From an uncultured Ignavibacteria bacterium (GTDB lineage: Bacteria > Bacteroidota > Ignavibacteria > Ignavibacteriales > Ignavibacteriaceae): a DNA stretch of 42,193 nt. The notes under the pieces are model-generated. The model saw only the letters and a program-made list of their open reading frames with translations, searched no databases and had not been told where the DNA came from. The stretch covers positions 1-42,193 of the forward strand of contig CALKUG010000006.1 in assembly GCA_937996765.1 (NCBI GenBank). The letters are read 5' to 3'. A program made the position numbers and the translations under genes. Below are positions 7,780 to 17,051 of the stretch, one piece after another; positions within the stretch are counted from its first letter, which is position 1, and each line of letters opens with the position of its first letter.

Positions 7780-8945
7780 CGGCCAATCTCATTTAAAAAC
7801 GATGTGCCTTTTAATTTCGTTTCCAGACCAAAAAAATCAGCAACCGTTGAAGCAACGTCTGAGAATGTACTCCTTATTCCTAAATTTTTCCCTAAGTGGG
7901 ATTTTGTATAAGCGAGTATTGGAACATATTCTCTGCTATGGTCGGTACCTGATGTTGTAGGGTCGTTACCATGGTCGGCTGTCAGCAATAACATGTCACC
8001 TTCATCCAACAAAGTTAAAATCTCAGGCAAACGTGAATCAAAATATTCCAAAGCTTTGGCAAACCCAATCGGATCGTTTCTATGGCCATAATAAACGTCG
8101 AAATCAACTAAATTGGCAAATATCAGAGAATTATTGCAATCTTGCATCTGTTGAATAATTGCTTCAATTCCCTCTTCATTAGACTTAGTAAACAGCGGTT
8201 TTGTTATGCCTCGGTGGTTAAATAAATCATTTATTTTTCCGATAGCAACTGTTTCTCTACCACTCTTCTTTACTTCGTCTAAAATGGTTGGATATGGTGC
8301 ATCCAACGAAAAATCTTTTCTGTTTTTAGTACGGGTATAATTGCCATTCCCTCCTAAAAATGGGCGAGCAATTACTCTTCCAATTTTCAGAGGTTCTGTT
8401 AAAACTTGGTTTCTTGTAATTTCACAGATTTGATATAACTCCTCAAGCTTAATAACTTCTTCGTGTGCAGCAATTTGAAATACTGAGTCTGCGGAAGTAT
8501 AAACAATGGGGAACCCTGTTCGTAAGTGCTCATCACCTAACTCTTGAATAATCTCAGTGCCTGAGGCTGCCTTATTACCCAGAAAACCTTTGCATCCGGT
8601 CTTTTCTAAAAAAAGATCCATTATCTCTTTGGTAAAGCCCTGAGGGAAATAACTAAAATCAAAGTCTAAATGTATGCCGCCTAACTCCCAATGCCCTGTT
8701 GTAGAATCTTTACCGGGAGATACTTCGGTCATTTTTCCATAGGAGCCCAATGGTTGGATTACTGCATTTACTCCAATTATGGACTCAATATTACCTAAAC
8801 CTAATTGTGTTAAATTAGGCAAAGAAATATTTACTTGTTTGCAAATATTTTGTAATGTAGCACTACCTTGGTCACCCCAAAGATGAGCATCCGGCAACTC
8901 GCCTATTCCTACTCCGTCTAACACTATAATAATTGCATTATTCAT
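7776..8945 (-). CDS. deoB: Phosphopentomutase
   Basis: Full-length similarity to Drm/DeoB: IIVLDGVGIGELPDA, GKDSTTGHWE, IVYTSADSVFQIAAHEE, FANLVDFD, LLLTADHGNDPT..GTDHSREYVPILAY. Confidence 0.93.
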   Translation of the reverse strand: MNNAIIIVLDGVGIGELPDAHLWGDQGSATLQNICKQVNISLPNLTQLGLGNIESIIGVNAVIQPLGSYGKMTEVSPGKDSTTGHWELGGIHLDFDFSYFPQGFTKEIMDLFLEKTGCKGFLGNKAASGTEIIQELGDEHLRTGFPIVYTSADSVFQIAAHEEVIKLEELYQICEITRNQVLTEPLKIGRVIARPFLGGNGNYTRTKNRKDFSLDAPYPTILDEVKKSGRETVAIGKINDLFNHRGITKPLFTKSNEEGIEAIIQQMQDCNNSLIFANLVDFDVYYGHRNDPIGFAKALEYFDSRLPEILTLLDEGDMLLLTADHGNDPTTSGTDHSREYVPILAYTKSHLGKNLGIRSTFSDVASTVADFFGLETKLKGTSFLNEIGR

Positions 8946-8954
8946 TGTTAAATA

Positions 8955-10865
8955 TCAATATAATACTGAATTACGTTTCTCTGCAGCTCTGCGCACAATC
9001 ATCAAGGTATTCTCATATACAAACCGAGCATCTGTTTGTACTGCGTCTTGAGCGTAAGGAATATAAATTCCTATAGAAACCGTGATATTCACGTTTTGTT
9101 CACCAATTGGCAGAACACTTCTTGCAACACTTTTTCTTAATTTTTCAGCCCAAACAAAACGAGATGTGGGCTCGGTGTTAAACGAATAGATAGCAAAAGT
9201 TTTTTCATCAACTTTTCCAACTATATCATTGTAGCTAATCTCTTTATCAATGGTAGAACTAACAACTTCTATTGCTTTGTCTAAAATCTCATTCCCAAAA
9301 AATGATTCTTGTTCGCTTAAATCATCAATCTGTACCATCGAAAGAGCCCCGGGTTTACCAAGGTCTCTTGATTTTAAAAGCTCAATTGATAACCTTCTTA
9401 AAAACTCTTCGGTCTTTAAAAACTTTGTTTGAATATCAACCGTAATATTGTTTTTAAGTGATGTTATACTTTCAAATGTGTTCATAACAAACGATGTAAG
9501 AGATGCAATACCTTTGAGATATTGAATATCGTCTTTCTTAAAATTCTTTTTCATCAAGGATTCAAAACACAAAACACCATATACCGTGTCTTTGTAAACT
9601 ATGGGTATTGCTATAAATGAGCCCTCAAATCCTAATTCTTCCGATTTGCTAAACCGTAGTACTTGTTTTTCTGCTGTATCATCTATGATAACCAAGGTGT
9701 TTTCTAAAATTGCTTTACCCACAAGAGTGCCACGCAATTCAACACTGTATCCTTCACCGATATACTTGAGTGCAACTTTGTTAATAACCCGATGTGTAAA
9801 ATACTCATGTGCATCATCATCATATCCTACAAAAATATAGGCATCCCAAGGCACATTGGTGAAAATAGACTTTTCACTAAAAGAAAGGAATTCATCGAAG
9901 GAGGCAAACTTTGTCATTGGTTCGAGAACTCTCATCAAACTATCGTACTTGATTTTGTATCCCTCTGGGCCGCTTTTCCTCAGGAATAATTCAAGTGCTG
10001 CGCTAAGACCGTTAGAGAAATGTGCTAATTGAAATATTGTTTCAATTCCAAAAACATCTTGTTCACGTGAATCTACTACAATAACACCAAATACACTTCT
10101 TTCATGAAAAACCGGAACACCTACAAAAGATCTTATTTCTTGAATTGCGGTGTAATATCTTATTGTATCGCCTTCGCCAACCGGTGTTATATTCGAAAGC
10201 AGATTAGGTTCACCTGTAATGATAATCTTACTAAGAATATCATCTTCTAAATCCATTTTTTTTATGTTGTTGATTTGAGAAGAGTTGCTTACAGATGTTA
10301 ATAGTGAAAATTGCTTTGATTCGGGGTCGGTCACAAAAAATGCACAGGTATAAGCCCCAAACAAGTCTTTAATAACACTCAACTGCGTTCTTATATGTTT
10401 TTCAAATTCATCTCTTGCAGGGCCAAATCGTTCCGGGCGTGCTATTTGTATATAACGTTCCAAAAAATCAGGTGGTTTAACAGTGGTCTTCTTTGGTGGA
10501 ATAATAGATTGAACAACTTCGTGGTTTTCTTCAAATTCAGGGGCGGGTTGAGGTACATTGGGTTCATTTGCTTTATTTTCAGTACTACCATCACCACGTC
10601 GGATAATTTCAAAGCCATCATGTGAATCTGATCCAAAGGAGCTACTTTTATAAGGGTTATCAGATTCATCGAGGGGAGAGGTACGTATGTAAGTGGCTTC
10701 ATGTACCTTTTTGTAAATACCGTAAATGAGGAAACTTAGCGAGATAAGGCCAAAAAGGAGGGCAAAATAGCCCAGCAGATCACCCCAAAAGATATACGCT
10801 ATCAAAGTGGACACTACTAAGGTGAAAGAACCAAATGTTATTATGCGCGATGCTGTTTTACTCAC
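8955..10865 (-). CDS. Membrane-anchored GAF-GAF protein with a degenerate GGDEF-like C-terminal domain
   Basis: Two N-terminal TM helices. Two GAF-like blocks (FVGVPVFHERSVFGVIVVDS; SFIAIPIVYKDTVYGVLCFES). The C-terminal cyclase fold has KVDEKTF in place of GGDEF and SYND in place of the RxxD I-site. GTG start. Confidence 0.8.
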   Translation of the reverse strand: MSKTASRIITFGSFTLVVSTLIAYIFWGDLLGYFALLFGLISLSFLIYGIYKKVHEATYIRTSPLDESDNPYKSSSFGSDSHDGFEIIRRGDGSTENKANEPNVPQPAPEFEENHEVVQSIIPPKKTTVKPPDFLERYIQIARPERFGPARDEFEKHIRTQLSVIKDLFGAYTCAFFVTDPESKQFSLLTSVSNSSQINNIKKMDLEDDILSKIIITGEPNLLSNITPVGEGDTIRYYTAIQEIRSFVGVPVFHERSVFGVIVVDSREQDVFGIETIFQLAHFSNGLSAALELFLRKSGPEGYKIKYDSLMRVLEPMTKFASFDEFLSFSEKSIFTNVPWDAYIFVGYDDDAHEYFTHRVINKVALKYIGEGYSVELRGTLVGKAILENTLVIIDDTAEKQVLRFSKSEELGFEGSFIAIPIVYKDTVYGVLCFESLMKKNFKKDDIQYLKGIASLTSFVMNTFESITSLKNNITVDIQTKFLKTEEFLRRLSIELLKSRDLGKPGALSMVQIDDLSEQESFFGNEILDKAIEVVSSTIDKEISYNDIVGKVDEKTFAIYSFNTEPTSRFVWAEKLRKSVARSVLPIGEQNVNITVSIGIYIPYAQDAVQTDARFVYENTLMIVRRAAEKRNSVLY

Positions 10866-10895
10866 CGTTTTTCGTTTGTTTTAATTTAAACTTTA

Positions 10896-10924
10896 AAAAT
10901 ATGTAGCTGTTCACTCTAATTCAA
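10896..10924 (-). promoter_or_regulatory. Candidate sigma-70 promoter upstream of the GAF/GGDEF-like gene
   Basis: Minus strand TTGAAT (10919-10924), 17-nt spacer, TATTTT (10896-10901), in the 78-nt gap after engB. Confidence 0.3.
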
Positions 10925-10943
10925 TAGAGCAAGAGCTAATTCG

Positions 10944-11528
10944 CTAATAATTCAGTAATTCTTTAAGAGTTCTCACTATTTCTTTTTTACCCGTACCCTT
11001 AATTGACGAATAGGTGAATAAATTTTTTTTATACACCAATTCGGGGAAGTCATTACAAACCGAGCGAATACTTTCGCTAATTTCCGTTTGTTTAGCTTTA
11101 TCGGCCTTTGTAAGAATAGTTATTGAGGGAATGCCAAGCTGATTGATAAATTTGTGAAAAAGCTTATCGTTTTCTTGTACTTCGTGACGAGCATCAATAA
11201 AATGTACCGCTAAATGCAATTTATCAGTAAAAGCGATGTATTCATCGATAAGTTTCGACCACTTTTCCCGCTCTTTTTTGCTAACACTTGCATATCCATA
11301 GCCGGGTAAATCAATAAGATATATTTTGTTATCTACTAAATAGTAGTTAAGTGTGCGTGTTTTGCCCGGATGTGAGCTAATTTTCGCAACTTCTTTTGAA
11401 AACACTGAATTGATAAAAGAGGATTTACCTACATTAGACCTACCACAGAGAATAACTTCAGGGTAGCGAAGTTTGGGGATGTCTTTAATAAATCCGACTG
11501 AGCTTATAAATTCTATGGTTTTAAACAT
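10944..11528 (-). CDS. engB: Ribosome-biogenesis GTPase EngB/YihA/YsxC
   Basis: P-loop GRSNVGKSSFIN, DLPGYGYA, TKADK G4 motif, about 194 aa. Confidence 0.9.
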   Translation of the reverse strand: MFKTIEFISSVGFIKDIPKLRYPEVILCGRSNVGKSSFINSVFSKEVAKISSHPGKTRTLNYYLVDNKIYLIDLPGYGYASVSKKEREKWSKLIDEYIAFTDKLHLAVHFIDARHEVQENDKLFHKFINQLGIPSITILTKADKAKQTEISESIRSVCNDFPELVYKKNLFTYSSIKGTGKKEIVRTLKELLNY

Positions 11529-11530
11529 AA

Positions 11531-11562
11531 GAAAAAAGAGTAACCGGTTTCCCGATTACTCT
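11531..11562 (-). terminator. Intrinsic terminator after rplQ (end of the alpha operon)
   Basis: Minus strand agagtaatcgg-gaaa-ccggttactct (one mismatch) followed by TTTTT. The stem ends 8 nt before the engB ATG. Confidence 0.6.
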
Positions 11563-11588
11563 TCTCCAAAATATAGGATGTAAAAAAA

Positions 11589-12068
11589 TTACTTCTTATC
11601 GGAAGCTTTTTCTTCTACAACTTTGGCATCTTCAACTTCGCTGGCCTCTTTAGCCGCTTTGCGAACTTGCTTTGCCTCTTCACGAGTAGTAGCTTTGGTG
11701 TTAGCAACTTCGTTTAGGTCAACAAATTCAATGATAGCCATTTCAGCTGCATCACCTAAACGTTTTCCGGCTTTGATAACACGTGTATAACCACCGGGGC
11801 GTTCGCCAACAGCGGGAATAACAACGCTCAACAATTCTTTAACAGCATCTTTATGCTTCAAAGTATCCATAACCAAACGCAGTCTGTGCAAATCGCCTAC
11901 GCGAGCTTTTGAAATCATTGGTTCAATAAAGCCACGCAGTTCTTTTGCCTTTGCCACCGTTGTTCTGATTCTCTTATACAAAATCAAAGAAATTGATAAG
12001 TTAATCAGAAGCGCACGACGATGCGATGCGGTTCTCTTTAATTTTCTGTTTTTAACATTATGTCTCAT
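11589..12068 (-). CDS. rplQ: 50S ribosomal protein L17 (with charged C-terminal extension)
   Basis: MRHNVKNRKLKRTASHRRALLINL...TTVAKAKELR. Follows rpoA. Confidence 0.97.
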   Translation of the reverse strand: MRHNVKNRKLKRTASHRRALLINLSISLILYKRIRTTVAKAKELRGFIEPMISKARVGDLHRLRLVMDTLKHKDAVKELLSVVIPAVGERPGGYTRVIKAGKRLGDAAEMAIIEFVDLNEVANTKATTREEAKQVRKAAKEASEVEDAKVVEEKASDKK

Positions 12069-12087
12069 TAATAAACCTGCTTACCGC

Positions 12088-13083
12088 TTATTTGTTTTCA
12101 GTATCTTCTTTTAAGTATTTATCTACATCCATACCGAACTCAAGACCTAAAGTCTCTACGTATTCCATAAGCTCTGAAAGTGATTTACGACCAAAGTTTC
12201 TGAATTTTAACATCTCAGCTTCATCTTTTGAAACCAAGTCTGCTACGGTACGAATGTTAGCTGCTTTTAAGCAGTTATGGGAACGAACGCTTAACTCTAT
12301 ATCATCAACACTGGTAGTAAGAAGTTTTTTAACTCTCTCACGCTCAGCATCTTTTTCGTTATCTTCAGATTTTGAATCCTGTTCCAAATCAAGGTTAACA
12401 AAGAGTTGCAAATGTTCTTTTAACAGTTTTGCTGACTGTGTAACTGCATCATCCGGGGTTATGGAACCATCGGTTTTAACTTCGAGAATAAGTTTCTCGT
12501 AATCATTTCTATCGCCAATACGAACGTTTTCTATTTCATACATTACGTTCATTATCGGAGTGTAAATTGCGTCTATTGCAATAGTACCCAAAGTAAAGTC
12601 TGGCGATTTGTTCTCATGTGAAGGAACATATCCTTTACCTCTACCGATTCTCAATTCAACATTTAACACGGTTCCTGGATTTAACGAAGCAATGTGTAAA
12701 TCCGGGTTAAGTATTTCGATTTCCGAGGTATATTTTTGGATATCACCGGCTTTGAAAGAATCAGATCCGGAGAACTGAATATCTATTTTACCCGGCTTTT
12801 TGCTAATCGATTTTAAACGAACCTGTTTAAGATTGAGAATTATTTCAGTTACATCCTCTACAACACCATCTATAGTGTTAAACTCATGCAAAACATCTGT
12901 AAATTTTACAGCTACAATAGCAGAGCCCGGCAATGAGGAAATAAGCACTCTGCGGAGTGCATTTCCAAGTGTTACCCCATAGCCTCTTTCGAGGGGTTGG
13001 AGATAAAACCGACCGAATGTATTGGAATAGCTGGAATCATCTAAGACAACCGCTTCTGGTATCTTTATGAAAGTTCCACTCAT
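12088..13083 (-). CDS. rpoA: DNA-directed RNA polymerase subunit alpha
   Basis: GRFYLQPLERGYGVTLGNALRRVLISSLPG, C-terminal domain LSVRSHNCLKAANI. ATG at 13083 is preferred over the in-frame GTG at 13089 used by the ORF track. Confidence 0.96.
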   Translation of the reverse strand: MSGTFIKIPEAVVLDDSSYSNTFGRFYLQPLERGYGVTLGNALRRVLISSLPGSAIVAVKFTDVLHEFNTIDGVVEDVTEIILNLKQVRLKSISKKPGKIDIQFSGSDSFKAGDIQKYTSEIEILNPDLHIASLNPGTVLNVELRIGRGKGYVPSHENKSPDFTLGTIAIDAIYTPIMNVMYEIENVRIGDRNDYEKLILEVKTDGSITPDDAVTQSAKLLKEHLQLFVNLDLEQDSKSEDNEKDAERERVKKLLTTSVDDIELSVRSHNCLKAANIRTVADLVSKDEAEMLKFRNFGRKSLSELMEYVETLGLEFGMDVDKYLKEDTENK

Positions 13084-13114
13084 ATACACACAACCTTATT
13101 CTTAATTTTAAAAA

Positions 13115-13753
13115 TTATTTTGAGTAAAGCTCTACAACTAACTGTTCGTTAGCGTGCAGAGGAACATCAACTCTTTCCGGAATCTGTAAAAATTGGCCGG
13201 AAAGCTGAGCTTTATCGACGCGTAACCAATTGTAAACACCTTCTTCTGGTACGTTTTTCAATGAGTTATGTATGGCATCTAAAGTCTTACTTTTATCCTT
13301 AACCTTTATTACATCTCCGGGTTGGAGCAAATATGAGGGTATATCAACCAAATGTCCATTAACCAAAATGTGGCGGTGACCAACTAACTGGCGAGCCGAC
13401 TTTCTTGAAGGAGCAAAACCAAGGCGATGAACTACTGTGTCAAGTCTTCTTTCGAGGAGCTTAATCAAGTTTTCGCCGGTTATACCTTTTTGGCGTGAAG
13501 CTTTGTCAAAATACGCACGGAACTGAGTTTCCAAAACTCCATACGATCTTTTAATTTTTTGCTTTTCGCGTAATTGAATACCGTATTCAGATGTTTTTGT
13601 TTTACGGCTTTGTCCGTGTTGGCCTGGAGGGTAATTACGACCCTGCTTGCCATCTATTGGGCATTTATCCGAGAAACATCTTTTACCTTTTAGAAACAAC
13701 TTTTCGCGCTCTCTGCGGCACAATGCGCATACCGAACCGGTGTATCTTGCCAT
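13115..13753 (-). CDS. rpsD: 30S ribosomal protein S4
   Basis: [26 protein letters not shown] zinc-ribbon N-terminus and S4 domain. Confidence 0.97.
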   Translation of the reverse strand: MARYTGSVCALCRREREKLFLKGKRCFSDKCPIDGKQGRNYPPGQHGQSRKTKTSEYGIQLREKQKIKRSYGVLETQFRAYFDKASRQKGITGENLIKLLERRLDTVVHRLGFAPSRKSARQLVGHRHILVNGHLVDIPSYLLQPGDVIKVKDKSKTLDAIHNSLKNVPEEGVYNWLRVDKAQLSGQFLQIPERVDVPLHANEQLVVELYSK

Positions 13754-13775
13754 TATCTATTTTTCTCCGTTTTCT

Positions 13776-14162
13776 TTATACTCTTCTGCGTTTCGGAGGC
13801 CTGCAACCGTTGTGAGGAAGTGGGGTTACATCCTTTATTTGGGATATATCCAATCCTGCAACAGTTAGTGCACGGATAGCTGATTCGCGACCCGATCCTG
13901 GACCCTTAACTCGTACTTCCACTTTGCGAAGCCCTAAGTCGTACGCCTCTTTTGCAGCCGCTTCGGCTGTAACTTGAGCAGCATGCGGAGTATTCTTTCG
14001 TGAACCTTTGAAGCTGTTTCTGCCTGCAGTTGACCACGAAATAGTATTTCCGTAAACATCAGTGAGAGTTACTAATACATTATTAAATGTAGCTTTTACG
14101 TGTGCGATTCCATTGGAATCTACCACATTTTTTTTCTTAACTTTTTTGACTGCCTTTGCCAA
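13776..14162 (-). CDS. rpsK: 30S ribosomal protein S11
   Basis: [18 protein letters not shown]...[16 protein letters not shown]. Confidence 0.97.
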   Translation of the reverse strand: MAKAVKKVKKKNVVDSNGIAHVKATFNNVLVTLTDVYGNTISWSTAGRNSFKGSRKNTPHAAQVTAEAAAKEAYDLGLRKVEVRVKGPGSGRESAIRALTVAGLDISQIKDVTPLPHNGCRPPKRRRV

Positions 14163-14184
14163 ACGACAAATCTCCTAATCTTGC

Positions 14185-14568
14185 TTATTTCTTAGAAACG
14201 GCCTTTTTCTTACCGGCTACTGTTCTTCTCTTACCTTTTCTGGTACGCGAATTTGTTCTGGTTCTCTGACCTCTGGCCGGAAGACCTTTTCTATGACGTA
14301 ATCCTCTGTACGATCCAATGTCCATCAATCTCTTGATGTTTAAGGTAACTTCTGAACGAAGCGCACCTTCCACTTTATAATCCGTTTGGATTACTGACCG
14401 TATTGTACCTACTTCAGATTCTGATAAATCGTGTACTCGTTTATCCGGATTAACGTTTGATTTCTCTAAGATCTCTAATGCTGTTGCATTTCCGATACCA
14501 AAGATGTATTGCAATCCGTATAAAACTTTTTTGTTTTTTGGTAAGTCTACACCTGCTATACGTGCCAA
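14185..14568 (-). CDS. rpsM: 30S ribosomal protein S13
   Basis: [15 protein letters not shown]...[20 protein letters not shown]. Confidence 0.97.
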   Translation of the reverse strand: MARIAGVDLPKNKKVLYGLQYIFGIGNATALEILEKSNVNPDKRVHDLSESEVGTIRSVIQTDYKVEGALRSEVTLNIKRLMDIGSYRGLRHRKGLPARGQRTRTNSRTRKGKRRTVAGKKKAVSKK

Positions 14569-14592
14569 AAATAGTACTCCTTTTTTATACTA

Positions 14593-14706
14593 TTAGCCTT
14601 GACGTTGTTTATGTTTAGGGTTTTTACATATTACCCTAACCACGCCTTTACGCTTAATTATTTTACAATGTTCGCAAATTTTCTTAACGGATGACCGTAC
14701 TTTCAT
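14593..14706 (-). CDS. rpmJ: 50S ribosomal protein L36 (37 aa, absent from the ORF track)
   Basis: Hand translation of the minus strand gives [37 protein letters not shown] then stop. Located between infA and rpsM as expected. Confidence 0.95.
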   Translation of the reverse strand: MKVRSSVKKICEHCKIIKRKGVVRVICKNPKHKQRQG

Positions 14707-14721
14707 TTTCGCTCCACTACT

Positions 14722-14940
14722 TTACTTGTATCTGTACGTTATACGACCCTTTGTTAGGTCGTACGGAGATAACTCAATCGAGACCTTATCTCCAGTCAGA
14801 ATCTTAATAAAATGCATGCGCATCTTGCCGGATATATGTGCAAGGATTTCATGGCCATTTTCAAGTTTTACCTTGAAATGAGCATTTGGCAATGTGTCGG
14901 TAATTATACCATCAACTTTAATTGCGTCTGTTTTAGCCAT
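14722..14940 (-). CDS. infA: Translation initiation factor IF-1
   Basis: [41 protein letters not shown], 72 aa. Confidence 0.97.
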   Translation of the reverse strand: MAKTDAIKVDGIITDTLPNAHFKVKLENGHEILAHISGKMRMHFIKILTGDKVSIELSPYDLTKGRITYRYK

Positions 14941-15702
14941 TTAACCTATTGTCAATATTTCCGGTTTGTTATCTATAATTGCTATGGTGTGTTCAAAATG
15001 GGCTGAGGGCTTTTTATCTGCCGTTACTACAGTCCATCCGTCTTTTAACACCTTTACTTCATGCCGTCCTAAGTTAATCATTGGCTCGATAGCTATCGTC
15101 ATTCCGTTTTTTAACTTATTTCCGCGATTTCGAACTCCAAAGTTAGGAACATTTGGCTCTTCATGCAAATGTTTCCCGACACCGTGTCCGCATAACTCTC
15201 GAACCACCGAGTATCCCAGGGGTTCAACATAACCTTGAACTGCATATCCGATGTCGCCAATTCTGTTGCCAACAACTGCCTGTTCAATGGCCAAGTACAA
15301 TGATTTCTCTGTAGCCTCCATTAACCGCTTTTTCTCAGGGCTTATTTCGCCCACGGCTACTGTTATGGCTGAGTCTCCATAGAATCCGTTTTTTATAACG
15401 CCTGTATCTATCGAAACTATCTCTCCTGCTTTCAGAACTCTCTCACCGGGTATCCCGTGTACTACTTCTTCGTCAATCGAAATACAAAGTGTTCCGGGAA
15501 ACGAATAAGCATCATTGGAGGGGTATCCTTTGAATGCAGGTTTTGCATCATTGCTTCTAATAAAATCTTCGGCAATTGTATCCAATTCCTTGGTAGTAAT
15601 TCCTTCTCGAACGTATTGCCGTACATGCTCAAGAACTCTTGCGGTTAATTTTCCGCTAATTCGTATCTGATCAATTTCTTTTTGTGTTTTAATCAGAATC
15701 AC
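14941..15702 (-). CDS. map: Type I methionine aminopeptidase
   Basis: IKTQKEIDQIRISGKL, metal ligands in DTGV/HGVG/EPMI blocks. GTG start. The stop abuts the infA ATG. Confidence 0.95.
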   Translation of the reverse strand: MILIKTQKEIDQIRISGKLTARVLEHVRQYVREGITTKELDTIAEDFIRSNDAKPAFKGYPSNDAYSFPGTLCISIDEEVVHGIPGERVLKAGEIVSIDTGVIKNGFYGDSAITVAVGEISPEKKRLMEATEKSLYLAIEQAVVGNRIGDIGYAVQGYVEPLGYSVVRELCGHGVGKHLHEEPNVPNFGVRNRGNKLKNGMTIAIEPMINLGRHEVKVLKDGWTVVTADKKPSAHFEHTIAIIDNKPEILTIG

Positions 15703-15708
15703 TAAAAA

Positions 15709-17043
15709 CTATCTTCTTCCCTTTATCTTACCGCTTTTCATAAAGCCGTCATAGTGTCTCATTAACAAGTAGCTTTCGATTTGCTGTAAGGTATCTAACA
15801 TTACACCAACAACGATAAGTAAGCTTGTTCCTCCAAAGAACATAGACATTTTGGGGGATACGCCTAAGTTACCTGCAAATGCCGGAAGTATAGCAATTAA
15901 TGCTAAGAATACTGATCCGGGAAGTGTGATTTTAGTAAGAATATTATCAATAAACTCTGATGTAGGTTTACCCGGACGAACACCCGGAATAAAACCACCT
16001 TGCTTCTTCATGTTGTCAGCTACATCTTTTGGGTTAAAAGCAATTGCTGTGTAGAAGTAAGTAAAGAATATAATTATCAAAGCGTACATCACTGAATACA
16101 CCACGGAGGTATAATTAAAGTGCGAAGCGATTGATTGTAAAAATTCGTTTTCCGGAAAGAATCCTAAAATGGTGTTAGGAATAAACATTATTGATTGTGC
16201 AAAGATAATCGGCATAACACCTGCGGTATTTACACGCAAAGGTATATACTGCGTAACGCCGCCGAACACTTTTCTGCCAACAACACGTTTAGCATATTGA
16301 ACAGGTATTCTGCGAGTTCCTTGCGTAACAAGAACTACTCCTGCAACAATAAAGAACAAAGCAACCAAAATAAGAATTTCGATAATGATGGAACGTTGGC
16401 CAGAGCCCATTAACTGAAATTCATCCATAAATGCATACGGTAACTGGTTGATTATACCTATAAAGATAATCAAAGAAATACCATTACCAATACCTTTTTC
16501 AGTAATTTGCTCTCCAAGCCACATCATAAACACTGTGCCCGAAGTTAATATGGTAATTGCTGAAAATGTCCAAAAGAAACCCATTACATCCGGAGGAATA
16601 ATCGGCACGCCGCCAACTTGTAAGTTGTTTAAGCGAATTGTAACACCCCATGCTTGCATGGCTGCAATTACAACAGTGCTTCTACGGGTAAGCTCGTTTA
16701 TTTTCTTACGTCCCTCTTCACCCTCTTGTTGTAACTTCTGGAAATACGGAACTACCGCACCAAGAAGCTGGATGATGATTGACGCACTAATATAAGGCAT
16801 TATGCCCAGTGCAAAAATCGCTGCGTTAGAAAAAGCACCACCTACAAACAGATCATATAAACCAAACAACGTATTGGATGATTGATTTTCAATCGATTGC
16901 GCAAGCAGCGTCGAATTTACACCGGGAAGTGTAATATGAGTACCAACTCGAACTATTAATAATAAAAGAAGAGTAAAGAGAACTCTCTCCCTTAACTCTT
17001 CAATTTTAAAAATATTTCGTAAAGATTCTAAGAATTTTAGCAT
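15709..17043 (-). CDS. secY: Preprotein translocase subunit SecY
   Basis: 10-TM protein, GIMPYISASIIIQLL, follows rplO. Confidence 0.97.
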   Translation of the reverse strand: MLKFLESLRNIFKIEELRERVLFTLLLLLIVRVGTHITLPGVNSTLLAQSIENQSSNTLFGLYDLFVGGAFSNAAIFALGIMPYISASIIIQLLGAVVPYFQKLQQEGEEGRKKINELTRRSTVVIAAMQAWGVTIRLNNLQVGGVPIIPPDVMGFFWTFSAITILTSGTVFMMWLGEQITEKGIGNGISLIIFIGIINQLPYAFMDEFQLMGSGQRSIIIEILILVALFFIVAGVVLVTQGTRRIPVQYAKRVVGRKVFGGVTQYIPLRVNTAGVMPIIFAQSIMFIPNTILGFFPENEFLQSIASHFNYTSVVYSVMYALIIIFFTYFYTAIAFNPKDVADNMKKQGGFIPGVRPGKPTSEFIDNILTKITLPGSVFLALIAILPAFAGNLGVSPKMSMFFGGTSLLIVVGVMLDTLQQIESYLLMRHYDGFMKSGKIKGRR

Positions 17044-17051
17044 TACTTCTA

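Noticed and set aside
12092-12502. 136-aa Ser-rich plus-strand ORF
   Set aside because: It is antisense to the rpoA C-terminal half. It has biased composition and no recognisable domain.
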